64,000 nucleotides of DNA. Source: Eledone cirrhosa. Lineage: Eukaryota. Both the position numbers and the translations under genes were made by a program. This document shows positions 26,287 to 39,476 of the stretch, in pieces. Where the stretch lies: NCBI GenBank assembly GCA_964016885.1, contig OZ024762.1, positions 1,116,001 to 1,180,000 of the forward strand, given 5' to 3'. Under the pieces are notes generated by a model, which saw only the letters and a list, made by a program, of their open reading frames with translations, ran no database searches and was not told the DNA's origin. Each line of letters starts with the position of its first letter. Positions within the stretch are counted from its first letter, which is position 1.

Positions 26287-26389
26287 GTAAGTGGTGTTGT
26301 CCTTTCGTTACTAATATCGAATCATCCCCTTTTAAAATTGTCCTGACGTCAGTAAAATAAATTGATATGTGTATCAATCACTTCACACA

Positions 26390-26830
26390 TATCTAGCTAT
26401 CTATATATATCTATCGATCTATATCTGACTAACTATCTATAAATATGTCTGACTATCTAGCTATCTATATATATACCTATCTAGCTATCTATATATATAT
26501 CCCTATCAATCGATCTATCATCTATCTATATATCTCAATCGATCTAACATCTATCTATCTATCCCTATCAATCGATCTATCATCTATCTATATATCTCAA
26601 TCGATCTAACATCTATCTATATATATTTCTATCAATCGATCTATCTGACTATATACGTATATATCCCTAGCTATCGATCTAACTATATGTCTGGCTATCT
26701 ATATACACATATATATGCATCCCTATATATCGATATATCTGTCTGTCTATATATATATATATCCATATGTATCGATCTATTTATCTCTCTCTCTATATAT
26801 ATATATCCCTAGCTATTTATCTATCGAACT
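26390..26830. repeat. Degenerate (ATCT)n microsatellite
   Basis: Repeated tatc/atct units. Confidence 0.8.
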
Positions 26831-26911
26831 ACTTGTCTATATATATATATATTATATAATACATCCTTCAACACACACATGCGCCTTTGTTTATAATATA
26901 TACACTTTCGA

Positions 26912-26947
<36 letters not shown>

Positions 26948-27009
26948 GCCTTAAACTAATATATCTCTTCACTGTACCGTGTAATTTGCTTTATTTCTGT
27001 TTACACACT

Positions 27010-27071
<62 letters not shown>

Positions 27072-27139
27072 TCAATGGTTAATTAGTCACTAATTATAAA
27101 TATTTAATTGCCTCCTGTGTTTGTTTATTTTCAACTATA

Positions 27140-27428
27140 TATATGTGTATATATATATATGTGTATATATATATATATAGTAGAATAATCGAGTATCGAA
27201 AAATCGGCGCACGAGTTCACGTTTATATATATATGTGTATATATATATGTGTGTGTATATATATATGTGTGTGTATATATATATGTGTGTGTATATATAT
27301 ATATATGTGTGTATATATATATATGTGTGTATATATATATATATGTGTGTATATATATATATGTGTGTGTATATATATAGATATATATATATGTGTATAT
27401 ATATGTGTATATATGTATATATATATAT

Positions 27429-27462
<34 letters not shown>

Positions 27463-27465
27463 ATG

Positions 27466-27514
<49 letters not shown>

Positions 27515-27660
27515 GTATATATATATGTATATATATATATATAATGTATGTATATATATATATGTATATATATATATATAATGTATGTATATATATATAT
27601 GTATATATATATATATAATGTATATATATATATATAATGTATATATATATATATACCCAC
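27140..27660. repeat. Long compound (TA)n/(TG)n microsatellite, representative of many in the window
   Basis: Pure TA/TG dinucleotide sequence; source of the YIYI/CVCV pseudo-ORFs. Confidence 0.95.
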
Positions 27661-27762
27661 CAGAATATTACTAAACCGTCAAATTACTATTATATATATT
27701 TTTGCTCTATTTCCTTCCTATGATACAAGACTATAATACATTATAATTCTATAACCTATAAT

Positions 27763-27806
<44 letters not shown>

Positions 27807-27845
27807 CTGCTGGGTAGTAACGAGATTTTGGGCTTATTTTGTCAT

Positions 27846-27882
<37 letters not shown>

Positions 27883-28464
27883 ATGAATGTCTATATTTAT
27901 TAATATTTTGAAGTAATATATATATATATATATGTGTGTGTATATATATATATGGTTTTAGAAAACGATCCTAAAATAGCAATATTTCAAGGTATATATA
28001 GATGTGTGTGTATGTGTTTATATATATATATATATGCATGCCTGTATATATATATATATATATGTCTGTCTGTCCCAAATATATTTTATCATCCTGTATT
28101 TGAAATGGAAAATAAACATTATTTAGGGTCCTTTGTGTATGTATGGTGGAGTTGGGGGGTGATAGGTTGTGTATGTATGGTGGAGGTGGGGGGTGATAGG
28201 GTTTAGGATTAGGGATTCAATTTGAAATGCAAGGAAGGGAAAATAACCAAGAAGCTACTTCACTCTGAAGACCATCCTGTCGTCTCTCTCTGTTGTATAT
28301 CTAGGAAGAAATACGCACACACACCTTTAAGGTGTGTGTGTGTATTTATACATATATATATATAGTGTACCCCAAAAAAATTGTATACACACTTCAACAG
28401 CATTCTAATATTGCCTGTACAGGTAATCACTGTGTATACATTTTTGGGGGACACCCCGTGTGTT

Positions 28465-28498
<34 letters not shown>

Positions 28499-29771
28499 CA
28501 CACACATACACATATATATATACAGGGTGTCCCAACAAATATATACACACTTCAGCATTCTAATGAATATTGCCTGTACTGGTAATCACAGTATGTATAC
28601 ATTTTTGGGGGACACCCTGTATATATATAGTTAACTGATACTTTCACTGGACTTAGCTCCCTCTTAACAGTCACCCTTATGAAAGTTAAGGGCAGTGGAT
28701 TGGTAGAGCATCGGACACCTTGCTCCATGGCATAGAGTTATGTCCCTTTATGTTCTGAGTTCAAATCCCGCCGAGGTTAACTTTACCTTTCATCCTTACG
28801 GGGTCGATAAAATAAAGTACCAGTCATACATTGGGGTCAATTTAATTGACTTTCCCCTCCCCCAAAACTGTTGACCCTGTGCCTATAATAGAAAATTATT
28901 ATTAATCCTTTCATCCTTAAGGGTCGATAAAATAAAGTACCAGTCATACACTGGGGTCGATCTAATCGACTTTCTCCTCTCCCCTCAAATAAAGAAAAAA
29001 AACTGTTGGCCTTGTGGTTAAATCTGAAACTTATTATTATTGTCGGACGCCATGCTTTGCAGCATAGAGTCACGGCCCTTTACGCTGTAAGTTCAAATCC
29101 CGCCGAGGTTAACTTTACCTTTCATCCTTACGGGGTCGACAAAATAAAGTACCAGTAATGTACTGAGGTAATTACTGGCCTTGTGTAAGTGATATGGTTG
29201 TGTTGGTTTATTTGTAGTGTTGTATTTTGACATTTCTAGTTTGTTTACATTTTATGTTGTGTGGGGTGGGGGGGGCTAACTTTGAAATAACAGCCCCCCT
29301 CCCCCCTCTTGCCGACGTCCACCTTTCGTCATTACCTTATTAATAATGTAGATTTAATGAAATTTAGCACACATACCTTTTCTATAATGGAGATTACCAT
29401 TGTGTTGGTGAAATTGAAAATACTTCCATGATTGTGTCTATATCAAATATAGACACAATCGATATATAGGAAATTACAAAATAGGAGGAAATAATTCCAA
29501 CTGCAGTTTCACCCATCCGTGTGCAACCATTTCTGTACTATAAAAATGCATCATCACTGTGAGTTTGATATGGCTTATCAAGAGACCCCTCAGTAAAAGG
29601 ATTGTTTCTTATCCCTCTGTGTGTGTGTGTGTATATATATTTATATATATAGGAACGAGTAGGACCCCGACGGCTGGGGTCCTACTCGTTCCTATTACCC
29701 ACTCTACTACCCTAAATATTGAGTACTTTGGTGCGTTATGGTCCACCTGGTTCCTTACCACATTTCCTTCG

Positions 29772-29814
<43 letters not shown>

Positions 29815-30156
29815 AGAGGGGGGGGGGGTAAAAACTCGACTGGCATCCTGATGGTTTCAGCTATGTATTCAACAAGCCTTTATATATACATATACAAGGT
29901 GTCTCCAGAGTGTACACACACTTTGATTGCCTGTACAGGTAATATATATTAGAATGCACAGCCTTTCCCCAAAATAAAAGGATCAGACATAATTCAATCA
30001 TATATATATATATGATGATGATGATATAGAGTTGTTTCCCCTGTATTAGCAGGGGTTACATTGCTAGAGCACCCGCGAAGAGTGAAAAACCACGAATATT
30101 GGACGTGGTCCATAAAAATCCTATAAACGTTCAAATATAATACAAAAAGAGGAAGT

Positions 30157-30383
30157 GTTTCCACTAACAATAATTAGTTAGACACTAAGGAAAATTCCAC
30201 GAATAACTGAGACGGCAAATGCCGGGTGTACACTATATCATCATCATCATCATCATCATCGTTTAACGTCCATCTTCCACGCTGGACGTTAAACGATGAT
30301 GATATAGTGTACACCCGGCATTTGCGGTCTCGGTTATTCGTGGAATTTTCCTTAGAGTCTAACTAATTATTGTTAGTGGAAAC
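30157..30383. repeat. Fold-back hairpin A (arms about 105-115 bp)
   Basis: gtttccactaac...cgtttaacgtcc / short loop / ggacgttaaacg...gttagtggaaac. Confidence 0.9.
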
Positions 30384-30453
30384 CACACATATATATATAT
30401 ATATATGTGTATATATATATATGTGTGTATATATATATATATATGTATGTGTG

Positions 30454-30691
30454 TGTAATCTGAGTTTTTCGAATATTAATAATAACATTCAATTTGTTTG
30501 CAATTATGCAAACAAGCCTCAATTTTATAGCCATGTCAGTAGGATGAACACTTCATTCTTGCTCTTGTGTTGGCATGCGAACAGAGCAAGAATGAAGTGT
30601 TCATTCTACTGACATGGCTATAAAATTGAAGCTTGTTTGCATAATTGCAAACGAATCGAATGTTATTAATATTCGAAAAACTCAGATTACA
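30454..30691. repeat. Fold-back hairpin B (arms about 110 bp)
   Basis: tgtaatctgagtttttcgaat...cattcttgctct / loop / agagcaagaatg...attcgaaaaactcagattaca. Confidence 0.9.
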
Positions 30692-30724
30692 TTTATTGTA
30701 TTCAGCCATGTAGAGTGAAATTTT

Positions 30725-30770
<46 letters not shown>

Positions 30771-31295
30771 TTCAACCTATTTGTATCTATTGTTGTGGTA
30801 TCAGTATAGCCACTGACTTTGGTCACTTTTCTTGCTGTCACGCTTTTTTAACTTTTGTGTTTACTCTGGATGATAATGTATTAACTTGTTGCTCCACTGA
30901 GTGCTTTGTGATTGCCTCAAACGATTCGATTAGTATCTTCTATATTGCGGCTACAACTTCGATTTATATCCAATATTAAATATATATATAGTGGGCCGAA
31001 ACATCCATGACCCGTAGTAAACTACAAAGGGAGACTGTCCATCTCTTGTTTGTGTCACCTTACCAACACTTGTTATCAGTAACCACACATCCCTTCCTCC
31101 CAATCCATATATATATATATATATATATGGTGGTGATGGTGAGGGTAGCGTCAATAATGGCGAATAAGAATATTTTAATGATGAATTTGTTTTTATATAG
31201 TTCAATGATGAACTAAATCGATTATAGAATTCTCTAGAATTCTTCCAAAAAACTTAACAGATTTGTTGACTGTTTGCTTTAATATTTTCTCAAAG

Positions 31296-31444
31296 GAGGC
31301 AATGGAAGTTCAGTCAGCCGTCGCTGCAGCTACCAGTAATATCATGGGCCAAGCAGCTGAAGTTGAGACTTATGAACCAGAGCCAGTTCATACCATCCAG
31401 AATCCCAAGATTAGAATAAACCAGGATAAAGATTTGTCTGTCAG
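31296..31444 (+). CDS. BTB module, constant exon 1 (EAMEVQSAVAAATSNIMG...DKDLSV)
   Basis: Acceptor ttttctcaaag|GAG is phase 0 (the NAGNAG alternative at 31299 is also phase 0). In-frame ATG at 31302. Phase-2 donor AG|gtaaga. Confidence 0.8.
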
Positions 31445-32530
31445 GTAAGAATGTTATCTATATGCCATATCAGATGGCCGTGTTTTACTCATATAGAAAA
31501 GTTTCTAGCTTGGTTTCTATGGCTGCATGCCCTTCCTGATGCTAACCACATTTATAGTGAGTACTGGGTGCTTTTTGTCATGTCACAAACACAAACCCTT
31601 TACAGTGTGGACTGGGAGCTTTTTATCATGTCACCAAACGACTATAATATATATCATATGTCCACTTATTCCTGAGAGGGTCAGTTCTCTAGCGCCCTTT
31701 TCAGTGGGTCCTGTCAGAAGCAACCATTTCCAACTGATCTGGCTGGATCCCCAACCGAGATCAACTGAGCTCATGGAGGTTATCCAACTATCTTGCTCTG
31801 GGTCTCCTGCCAGTTGATTTTGCCCATAAAATCTGTCCAGCAATTCTTTCTTGAGACATTCTAACCACATGTCCATAGTATCGGAGCTGTGATTTCTTAA
31901 TTCAGAGAAGTAGCAGCTCTACCAGGAGTGACTCTCTCATCTCTGAGCTAAGCATTCAATCGATTAATGTTAGTCCAAAGACCCTTCAGAGAATCACATT
32001 TCAGCCCCTTGTATTTACAATCGTATTCTTTCGGTCATTACCCAAGTTTCATGACCATAGGGAAGGGTTGGCACAAATACCATATTGAAGATATGTGCAT
32101 TATGTTGTTAAGACGCATGGCTTAGTGGTTACAGAGTTAAGCTTACAATTGTGAGGTTGTGAGTTTGATTCTCGGACCGGGCTTTCCGTTGTCGTCTTGG
32201 GCAAGACACTCTATTTCACGTTGCTCCAGTTCACTCAGCTGTAGTGTTACAATGTCACTGGTGCCAAGCTGTATCGGCCATTGCCTCTCCCTTGGACAAC
32301 ATCGGTGGCGTGGAGAGGGGGAGACTGGTATGCCTGGGTGACTGCTGGTCTTCCACAAACAACCTTGCCTGAACTTGGGCTTCGGAGAGGAAGGTTCTAG
32401 GTCCAAATCCCTAGGTTATTTGTGACTGAAGGGGGTCTTTTGTGTATAAATATTTGTGTGTGTCTGTGTGTCTTTCATTGGATTTCTAGAGTTTTATTTA
32501 TTACTAATTGATATTTATTTTCATTAACAG

Positions 32531-32681
32531 TTTCTCTGCATCATCGCGGCCTGCAACTGTCTTCAAAAAAACCTATGTTGACCCCGAACATGCAGATGGT
32601 ATGATGAAGTCACTGGCAAGTTTATGGAGGAAGAGACGGCTGTGTGATGCTAAGATTTGTAGTGGAAACAAGAATGTCACT
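32531..32681 (+). CDS. BTB module, constant exon 2 (start of BTB/POZ: HADGMMKSLASLWRKRRLCDAKICSG)
   Basis: ttaacag|T phase-2 acceptor matches the previous donor; phase-0 donor ACT|gtaagg. Confidence 0.88.
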
Positions 32682-33036
32682 GTAAGGATTGAGATTTTAC
32701 AAGTTTTACTTTTAAATTTATTGTTAAATTACAGCCTCTTACAAGTTTTAGTGATTACATACTGGCCATGCTGGAGCACCACACTCTCTGTCAATAGACT
32801 GAGGCCATGTTGGGGCACCACACTCTCTTACTGGTTTCAGTCATTAGACTCTGGCCATGCTGGAGCACCACGCTCTCTTACTGGTTTCAGTCATTAGACT
32901 CTGACCATGCTGGGGCACTATTTTCAATCATTGTTCTATAGCCAGGTAATATTTCTGGCAATTTTCTCTCAATTTATTTCCCAGAACAATTATTTACAAT
33001 ATTTCTAATGTTTTCTTCTATAAATTTCCATTTCAG

Positions 33037-33981
33037 TTACATCGTTTGGTTCTGTTTGCTGCTAGTCCTCACTTGATGGAGAAGAACATCACTGATGGAG
33101 CTGACTTGGAGGTGAATCTTCCACCAGGGATTAGTGAAGATGGACTGAAAATATTTGTCAGCTTTCTCTACGACGGGGTCCTCAATCTTAACGAGCACCT
33201 CTACAAGGATGTCGAACGAATATCGAATCTTTTAAAAGTCGATAAAATTCAGAAACATTGTCGTGAGTTTGCTGCCAGTTTTAACGAACACAAACAAATG
33301 ACGAGCTCCTCTACGACGCTGACACCACGCCGACGAGATTCCCTTCCCAAGTCACACAAACAAAACAATCGGCAAACGGTCGTTCTGACGTTGAGCGACG
33401 ATTCCAATCCTGCAGACATTAGCTTCGACAGCCATGAACAGGACGTGGGCTTGTCCCATTCTCAACTGGAAGAAGTTCATAATTCTCTGCTCGACGAAAG
33501 ACTCCAAACATTGAATGAACAGCACAACTATTTAACTTCTCACCAAAATCAGTTCCCTTCCACTTCACAAGCCTCTTCGATGTCTCTGCAGAGCGGCAGT
33601 GGCTCAGTGAACGCCATTTCTTCTGAATGTGGTATCAAAACTGAACCGATAGAGATCTTAGACGACGACATCGCTGATTACAACTTAGCTCAGGAGGACA
33701 TTAAACAGTGTAAGCCTTCTATGAATCAGAGTAGCGGCAAAAGTTACTGCGAGGACAGTTCCAACTCTGAAGCTCATAGACGTTCATCACAAGGACATAT
33801 CTCAAGTAAACTCTCACGAACTTACATGACACCTAGTAAATGTGAATCAGGCATAGAGTTATCCCAAATAGAAAGTATATCGACTTGTGCCGGCACTGGC
33901 GCGTCCCCTTATCCTGTCAGTTTAGTAGCTTCTTCCGGAGAGACGTTCCCTCTATATACTTTATCATCCAACCAATCCTGA
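33037..33981 (+). CDS. BTB module, terminal exon (rest of BTB/POZ plus Ser-rich tail; no zinc fingers)
   Basis: tttcag|TTA CAT CGT gives LHRLVLFAASPHL...GLKIFVSFLYDGVLNL...ISNLLKVDKIQKHC. IKTEP SUMO motif; TGA at 33979-33981. Confidence 0.9.
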   Translation, partial: LHRLVLFAASPHLMEKNITDGADLEVNLPPGISEDGLKIFVSFLYDGVLNLNEHLYKDVERISNLLKVDKIQKHCREFAASFNEHKQMTSSSTTLTPRRRDSLPKSHKQNNRQTVVLTLSDDSNPADISFDSHEQDVGLSHSQLEEVHNSLLDERLQTLNEQHNYLTSHQNQFPSTSQASSMSLQSGSGSVNAISSECGIKTEPIEILDDDIADYNLAQEDIKQCKPSMNQSSGKSYCEDSSNSEAHRRSSQGHISSKLSRTYMTPSKCESGIELSQIESISTCAGTGASPYPVSLVASSGETFPLYTLSSNQS

Positions 33982-35047
33982 CACTGCCTGAAATTTGTCC
34001 AAACTCATCTTAGAGATATTCTGTACTTACTTCAGTCTGTAGAGTATATAATAATGTTTCTAGGGCTCATTGTAATGTCAACCGAATGGGATCTCGTTAA
34101 GAGATGTGTGTGGAGGAGATGTCGGTAAAGGGGAGGACATGACAAGACTTATGAGTGAGTACTTTCACTACAAAACCTTAAAGAAGTGTCTGGAAAGGTG
34201 TTTCGTGCTGCCACTCTACAAAATGGTTAAAACTTTATTATTGCTGCCTTAGATTTTAATTAAAGAAAATATCCACGCCTGGCTAGAATATTCCATCAGT
34301 GAAAACAAAAACATATATCTGCATGATATTCACAATACGTATGTGTGTTTGTGAGTATATGTGTGTATGTATGTTTGTGTGAGTATATATATATATATAT
34401 ATATGTATGTTTGTGTGAGTGAGTATATGTATATGTGTACGTATGTGTATGTAGGCATCTATAGGCTCATTCTTATGCTGACTGAATGCAGATTCACCCA
34501 CACCCCAACACGCTACCACCCTCCAAAAAAATTTACTATATTTTGTCTGTTCTGTAGGATTTGTTTAAAACAACATATATATATATATATATATGTGTGT
34601 GTATGTATCATCTTCAAAGCAATATGTATTAATTTTTTGGTGTGTTAATGAAGAAGGAAAAAAAGTCTATTTTATTTACTTTAAGTACACCAGCAATACA
34701 ACCTAATACCCAAAGTACTTGACAAGCCAGACATTATATGTTCGTATAATGTCGGACACCTTTCTCATATATTTTCTTCAATTTTAATCCAGTAGTGACT
34801 TAGAAAGAGAATTTCTTTCATTCCCCACCAAGTGATCTTAGAAGTAATCTTTTGTGGTTGGCAGCTCTGAATACCTTTAACCCCCCCATCCCCATCCCAC
34901 GAACCCCTTGCATCCCATAACCTTCTCATACCCATTCCAACCTCAAAACCCCCAAGATTTATGTCTATTGTCAGGGCTCTGGAAAAACTGTCCATAGCAA
35001 ACATACATTTTTACAAATATATATATATCTAAATACACACACACAAG

Positions 35048-35078
<31 letters not shown>

Positions 35079-35683
35079 CACTCACACACACAAGATACAT
35101 ATTTAATTTGTCGATCGACTTTCATCAAATCGGACCGAGGAAACAATGTTTCCGTTGGTCTTTCCAATTGCTAATACTATCTATCGGTCACAACTCCAGG
35201 TAGAAGGAGCAACGTGAAATAAAAAGGTGTCTTGCTCAAGGACATATCACATTACCTGGTCCAGGAATTGAACTCACAACTTCACGATTGCGAATCCAGT
35301 TCTCTAACCAATCAGCCACACGCCTTCACTATATATATATGTGTGTGTGTTTTTGTATATGTATGCATATATGTATATGTATATACTTTATGAATTATCA
35401 AAGTGTTGTGTTTGAAAATTGAAAATGTGTGAGTCCCAAATGTAGAAAATAGCTGTAATAACAGCGAATCACTATAGATTATAGTTGAGAAAATTGGACA
35501 GACTCCTCCAGAGGACGGGAGATAAGTAGACAGAGGGACACCTTTGACCCCTTTTCTTCCATCTCTAAATGTAATGGACCCAATTTTCCTTGCGCATTTT
35601 CAAATATGGTTATTATACATGATTCTACTTCATTAACAGTGAGGGTTCATAGCTAAAGATTTCAGTTTTCTCTTACTTTAACT

Positions 35684-35833
35684 CAGGTAGGGGCAACCTT
35701 TTTTGGGGCAGTGGGTTGTGGACTGCATAGGATCATAAGGCAGGCCGCTGTATTAAAAATATTCAAAGCAATTTTGAACTTAGGTGTGCCATTCAGAAAG
35801 CCAAATGGACAGACTGCAGTTTGCCCATAACTG
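35684..35833. mobile_element. hAT-like MITE (related copies at about 40060 and 61290-61440)
   Basis: CAGG..GGGCAAC...TTTGCCCA.AACTG terminal inverted pattern, with a shared internal sequence among copies. Confidence 0.45.
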
Positions 35834-37372
35834 CTTTAACCCTTTACCATTTACATTCCTCTATATATACTATTGTATTTTCCTGGGGAAGGCTTTACCA
35901 CACATAATATCAAATCTATGAGATTTTGATATTTTTGATTTTGAGAACAATACCTTAACATCAGTATGAGTAGCCAGTTACAGCCAGTTAGAATAGAAAG
36001 TAGTGAGAGCCCCCAGTTCTATCATGAAGAGCAATGTGAAATGAAGAATCACACGGGTCCCAGTTTGCCCTATCTGCTTTAGATAGTTTATTAAATAAAG
36101 TTACAAGAGAAAGGTGGGTTGGCAGCAATCGGTGGAGCGTCAGATAAAATGTAGAAATATTTGTTCTGGTTCTTTACATTCTGATATCAAATCCCACCAA
36201 TGTCAACTTCGCATCTCTAGGGACCCTAGAATAAAGTACTGGGGGTTTTTACTGAATAACCATTATATAGGTATAGTAAATATATATAGTATAGTAAAGT
36301 ATATATAGGTAAAGTGAAGTAATAATTTACTTTTCCTTCTTTCAAGGTCAATTTTAAAAAAAAGAAAAAAAAGGTACCAGTCCAGTACTAGGGTCGATTC
36401 TCCTATATATCTCTTGCTCTTAATTCCTGTTTCTCAGGAAAAGAGGGATAATCTCTGCTAGGCTTACCTGGCCAACATGCTGTATATATCACAACGGACC
36501 CCCTTCCACGCGAGGAATTTAGAGTTCCATGGCATGGTAAAGTAAAAATTTCTATTTTTTGGCACAAGGCCAACAATTTTTGTGTTGGGGGAGGGAACGG
36601 TTGATTATATCAATCACAGTATTTTAGGGTTTTTTGTTATTGATTTTTGTTATTTGACTGAGGCCATGATGTTTTATTTTATAAACCTTGGTAGGAGGTA
36701 AGGCTAAGTTGATCCCTCCCCCACGCTCCTTCTCTGGAAGAAATCTGGCTGTGTTCAGGCCTGGAGAGAGAAGAGATGGACTCTTCTAGATTTAAATCTT
36801 CCGAAGACATGGTATCCATCAGGAATTACAAGTGCATAAATATATACATATATATATACATACATATATACACACATGCATACCAACAAACAGATACATT
36901 TACACACACACATACAATCTGTATATGCTGGCGTACAGGTCGATATTTGGAGCCTTAAAATATCTCTCCAAAACCAGGGGTCGACTTGTCCGCCCAATAT
37001 AAGATGTGAAGTATGCCTGCTGCTTCACCTGAACTACACCTCACAATTTTAGAGGTCGACTTATAAGCCGGAATATACGCTATATACACATATATACATA
37101 CAAATTACAATATATATATATATATATATATTGAGCATATATTTTAGTCCTAATGCCTGCTAAGTATTGAATTATTAGCATTAAAAACAAAACAGTATCA
37201 CCCTAGAGCATAAAAACCAAATAATCTCCACCAACTTCCACCCTTGGTACCTTACAATGATGTCTATTTAATCATCTTTGTTGTCTTTTAACCCTTTACC
37301 ATTTTACATGCCTCCTGTATTTTTTGATCTCAGAAAGAGGTGAGAGAATTCTGTCGGATACAGCCGGTTTAA

Positions 37373-38174
37373 CCCTTTAGCATTTAAACTGTCTGTTTCT
37401 GGCTAGAATTATCTCACCTCTTTCTGTTCAAACTGGCCATAACTGGCTGCTCATACTTATGTTAGAGTATTGTTCTCAAATTAAATCATAGATTCGATAT
37501 TATGTAAGATAAAGCCTTTACCACAAAAATACAATAGTATATATAGAGTAATGTAAATGTTATGTGAGATATTATGTGAGGTAAAGCCTTTACTGTGAAA
37601 ATACAATAGTATATATAGAGTAATGTAAATGTTATGTAAGGTAAAGACTTTACTGTGAAAATACAATAGTATATATAGAGTAATGTAAATGTTATGTAAG
37701 GTAAAGACTTTACTGTGAAAATACAATAGTATATATAGAGTAATGTAAATGTTATGTAAGGTAAAGACTTTACTGTGAAAATACAATAGTATATATAGAG
37801 TAATGTAAATGTTATGTAAGGTAAAGACTTTACTGTGAAAATACAATAGTATATATAGAGTAATGTAAATGTTATGTAAGGTAAATACTTTACTGTGAAA
37901 ATACAATAGTATATATAGAGTAATGTAAATGTTATGTAAGGTAAAGACTTTACTGTGAAAATACAATAGTATATATAGAGTAATGTAAATGTTATGTAAG
38001 GTAAATACTTTACTGTGAAAATACAATAGTATATATAGAGTAATGTAAATGGTATGTGAGGTAAAGACTTTACTGTGAAAATACAATAGTATATATAGAG
38101 TAATGTAAATGGTATGTAAGGTAAAGACTTTACTGTGAAAATACAATAGTATATATAATGTAGATGGTAAAGGG
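37373..38174 (-). mobile_element. TTAA-flanked MITE expanded internally by about ten copies of a 60-bp unit
   Basis: TTAA-CCCTTTAGCATTTA...TGGTAAAGGG-TTAA, with exact 60-nt periodicity from about 37560 to 38160. Confidence 0.9.
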
Positions 38175-38201
38175 TTAATTTTTTTTGTTCATTAACTATG
38201 G

Positions 38202-38242
<41 letters not shown>

Positions 38243-39442
38243 CCTCTCTTCAAATAGTCACCCAAAGCTACTCAGTACATATGCTGACTTTAGTCTGCTA
38301 TTTAGTCAACTAAAACTAAACTAAACTGGTTTTGACAGTCTTGACATAGCAGACGATATTTTGACAATCAGAAATTAAAAAAAAATAAAATAAAAATGAA
38401 AAAAGAAGTGTCTTTCCTTAGAAACAGCCGGGGTTGGGAGGGGAGCCACAGAAAACCCCTTTTTTTTCTCTAAGATGGAAAAAGGAAGAATCTGTGGTCT
38501 TCTTATCTTTGGATGTAATAATAATAATATATATATAAAACAAAACCAAAAAAAAAAAACTTCGAGAAAAATTACACGACTAACAAAAATAATAATAATA
38601 AAAATCGTATTTATTTTTAAATTATATTTTGTATTTAATCACTGTGTGTGCCACAGTGCTGCGATACAGCCCCAACAATTGGGGCAAGGGGACGCGAGGG
38701 GACAGGGGAGGGGTTGTTGTATGATCCAGGTTTAATTTCCGAACTGGAACTCTGCTTTACTTGGATTATAATAATAATAATAATAATAATGCCTTTTGTA
38801 AGAGGCATCAATGTCACAACATCCAGTTTTCCCACCCAACCAACCAACCTGGATGTCTGTTGCCTCCTGTGTAAAAGAAAAAGTATATATGTTTATATAT
38901 TTATATATGTGTGTATATATATGTATACATAGATACATATATATGTATGTATACATACATGTACATATATATACACATATATATATATGATATTTTTTAA
39001 TAGAAATGCTATTATTCCCTTTTTTTCTTTAGCCCTAAATAAATAGCCCCTAATAGGGTTTGGGGGTATGTTAATCATCACCCCGGTTAACACCACCCCT
39101 GCTTCTTCGACATGGATCAACAAAACTATAACTCTATATGTCACACACATATATATACACATACATACATTCATATACTATATATATATACATATACACA
39201 CACAAATATTCTCACATTCACAATCACTCTCACACACATGCATTCAAATACACACTCTCACACACATACATTCATATACACACTCTCACACACATACATT
39301 CACAATTTTATCAGATTCATGCAAACACACACACATACATATACATTCATATATGCACATTCGCGCATATTCATACACACACACATACTCATGCATTCAG
39401 TCTTGTTGGATTCATACACACACACACATATACATTCATATG

Positions 39443-39476
<34 letters not shown>

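Noticed and set aside
24952-26346. Active Crypton transposon or bacterial/phage integrase contamination
   Set aside because: The catalytic Tyr region is missing, no element ends are visible, and the ORF ends in a canonical splice donor within typical host repeats.
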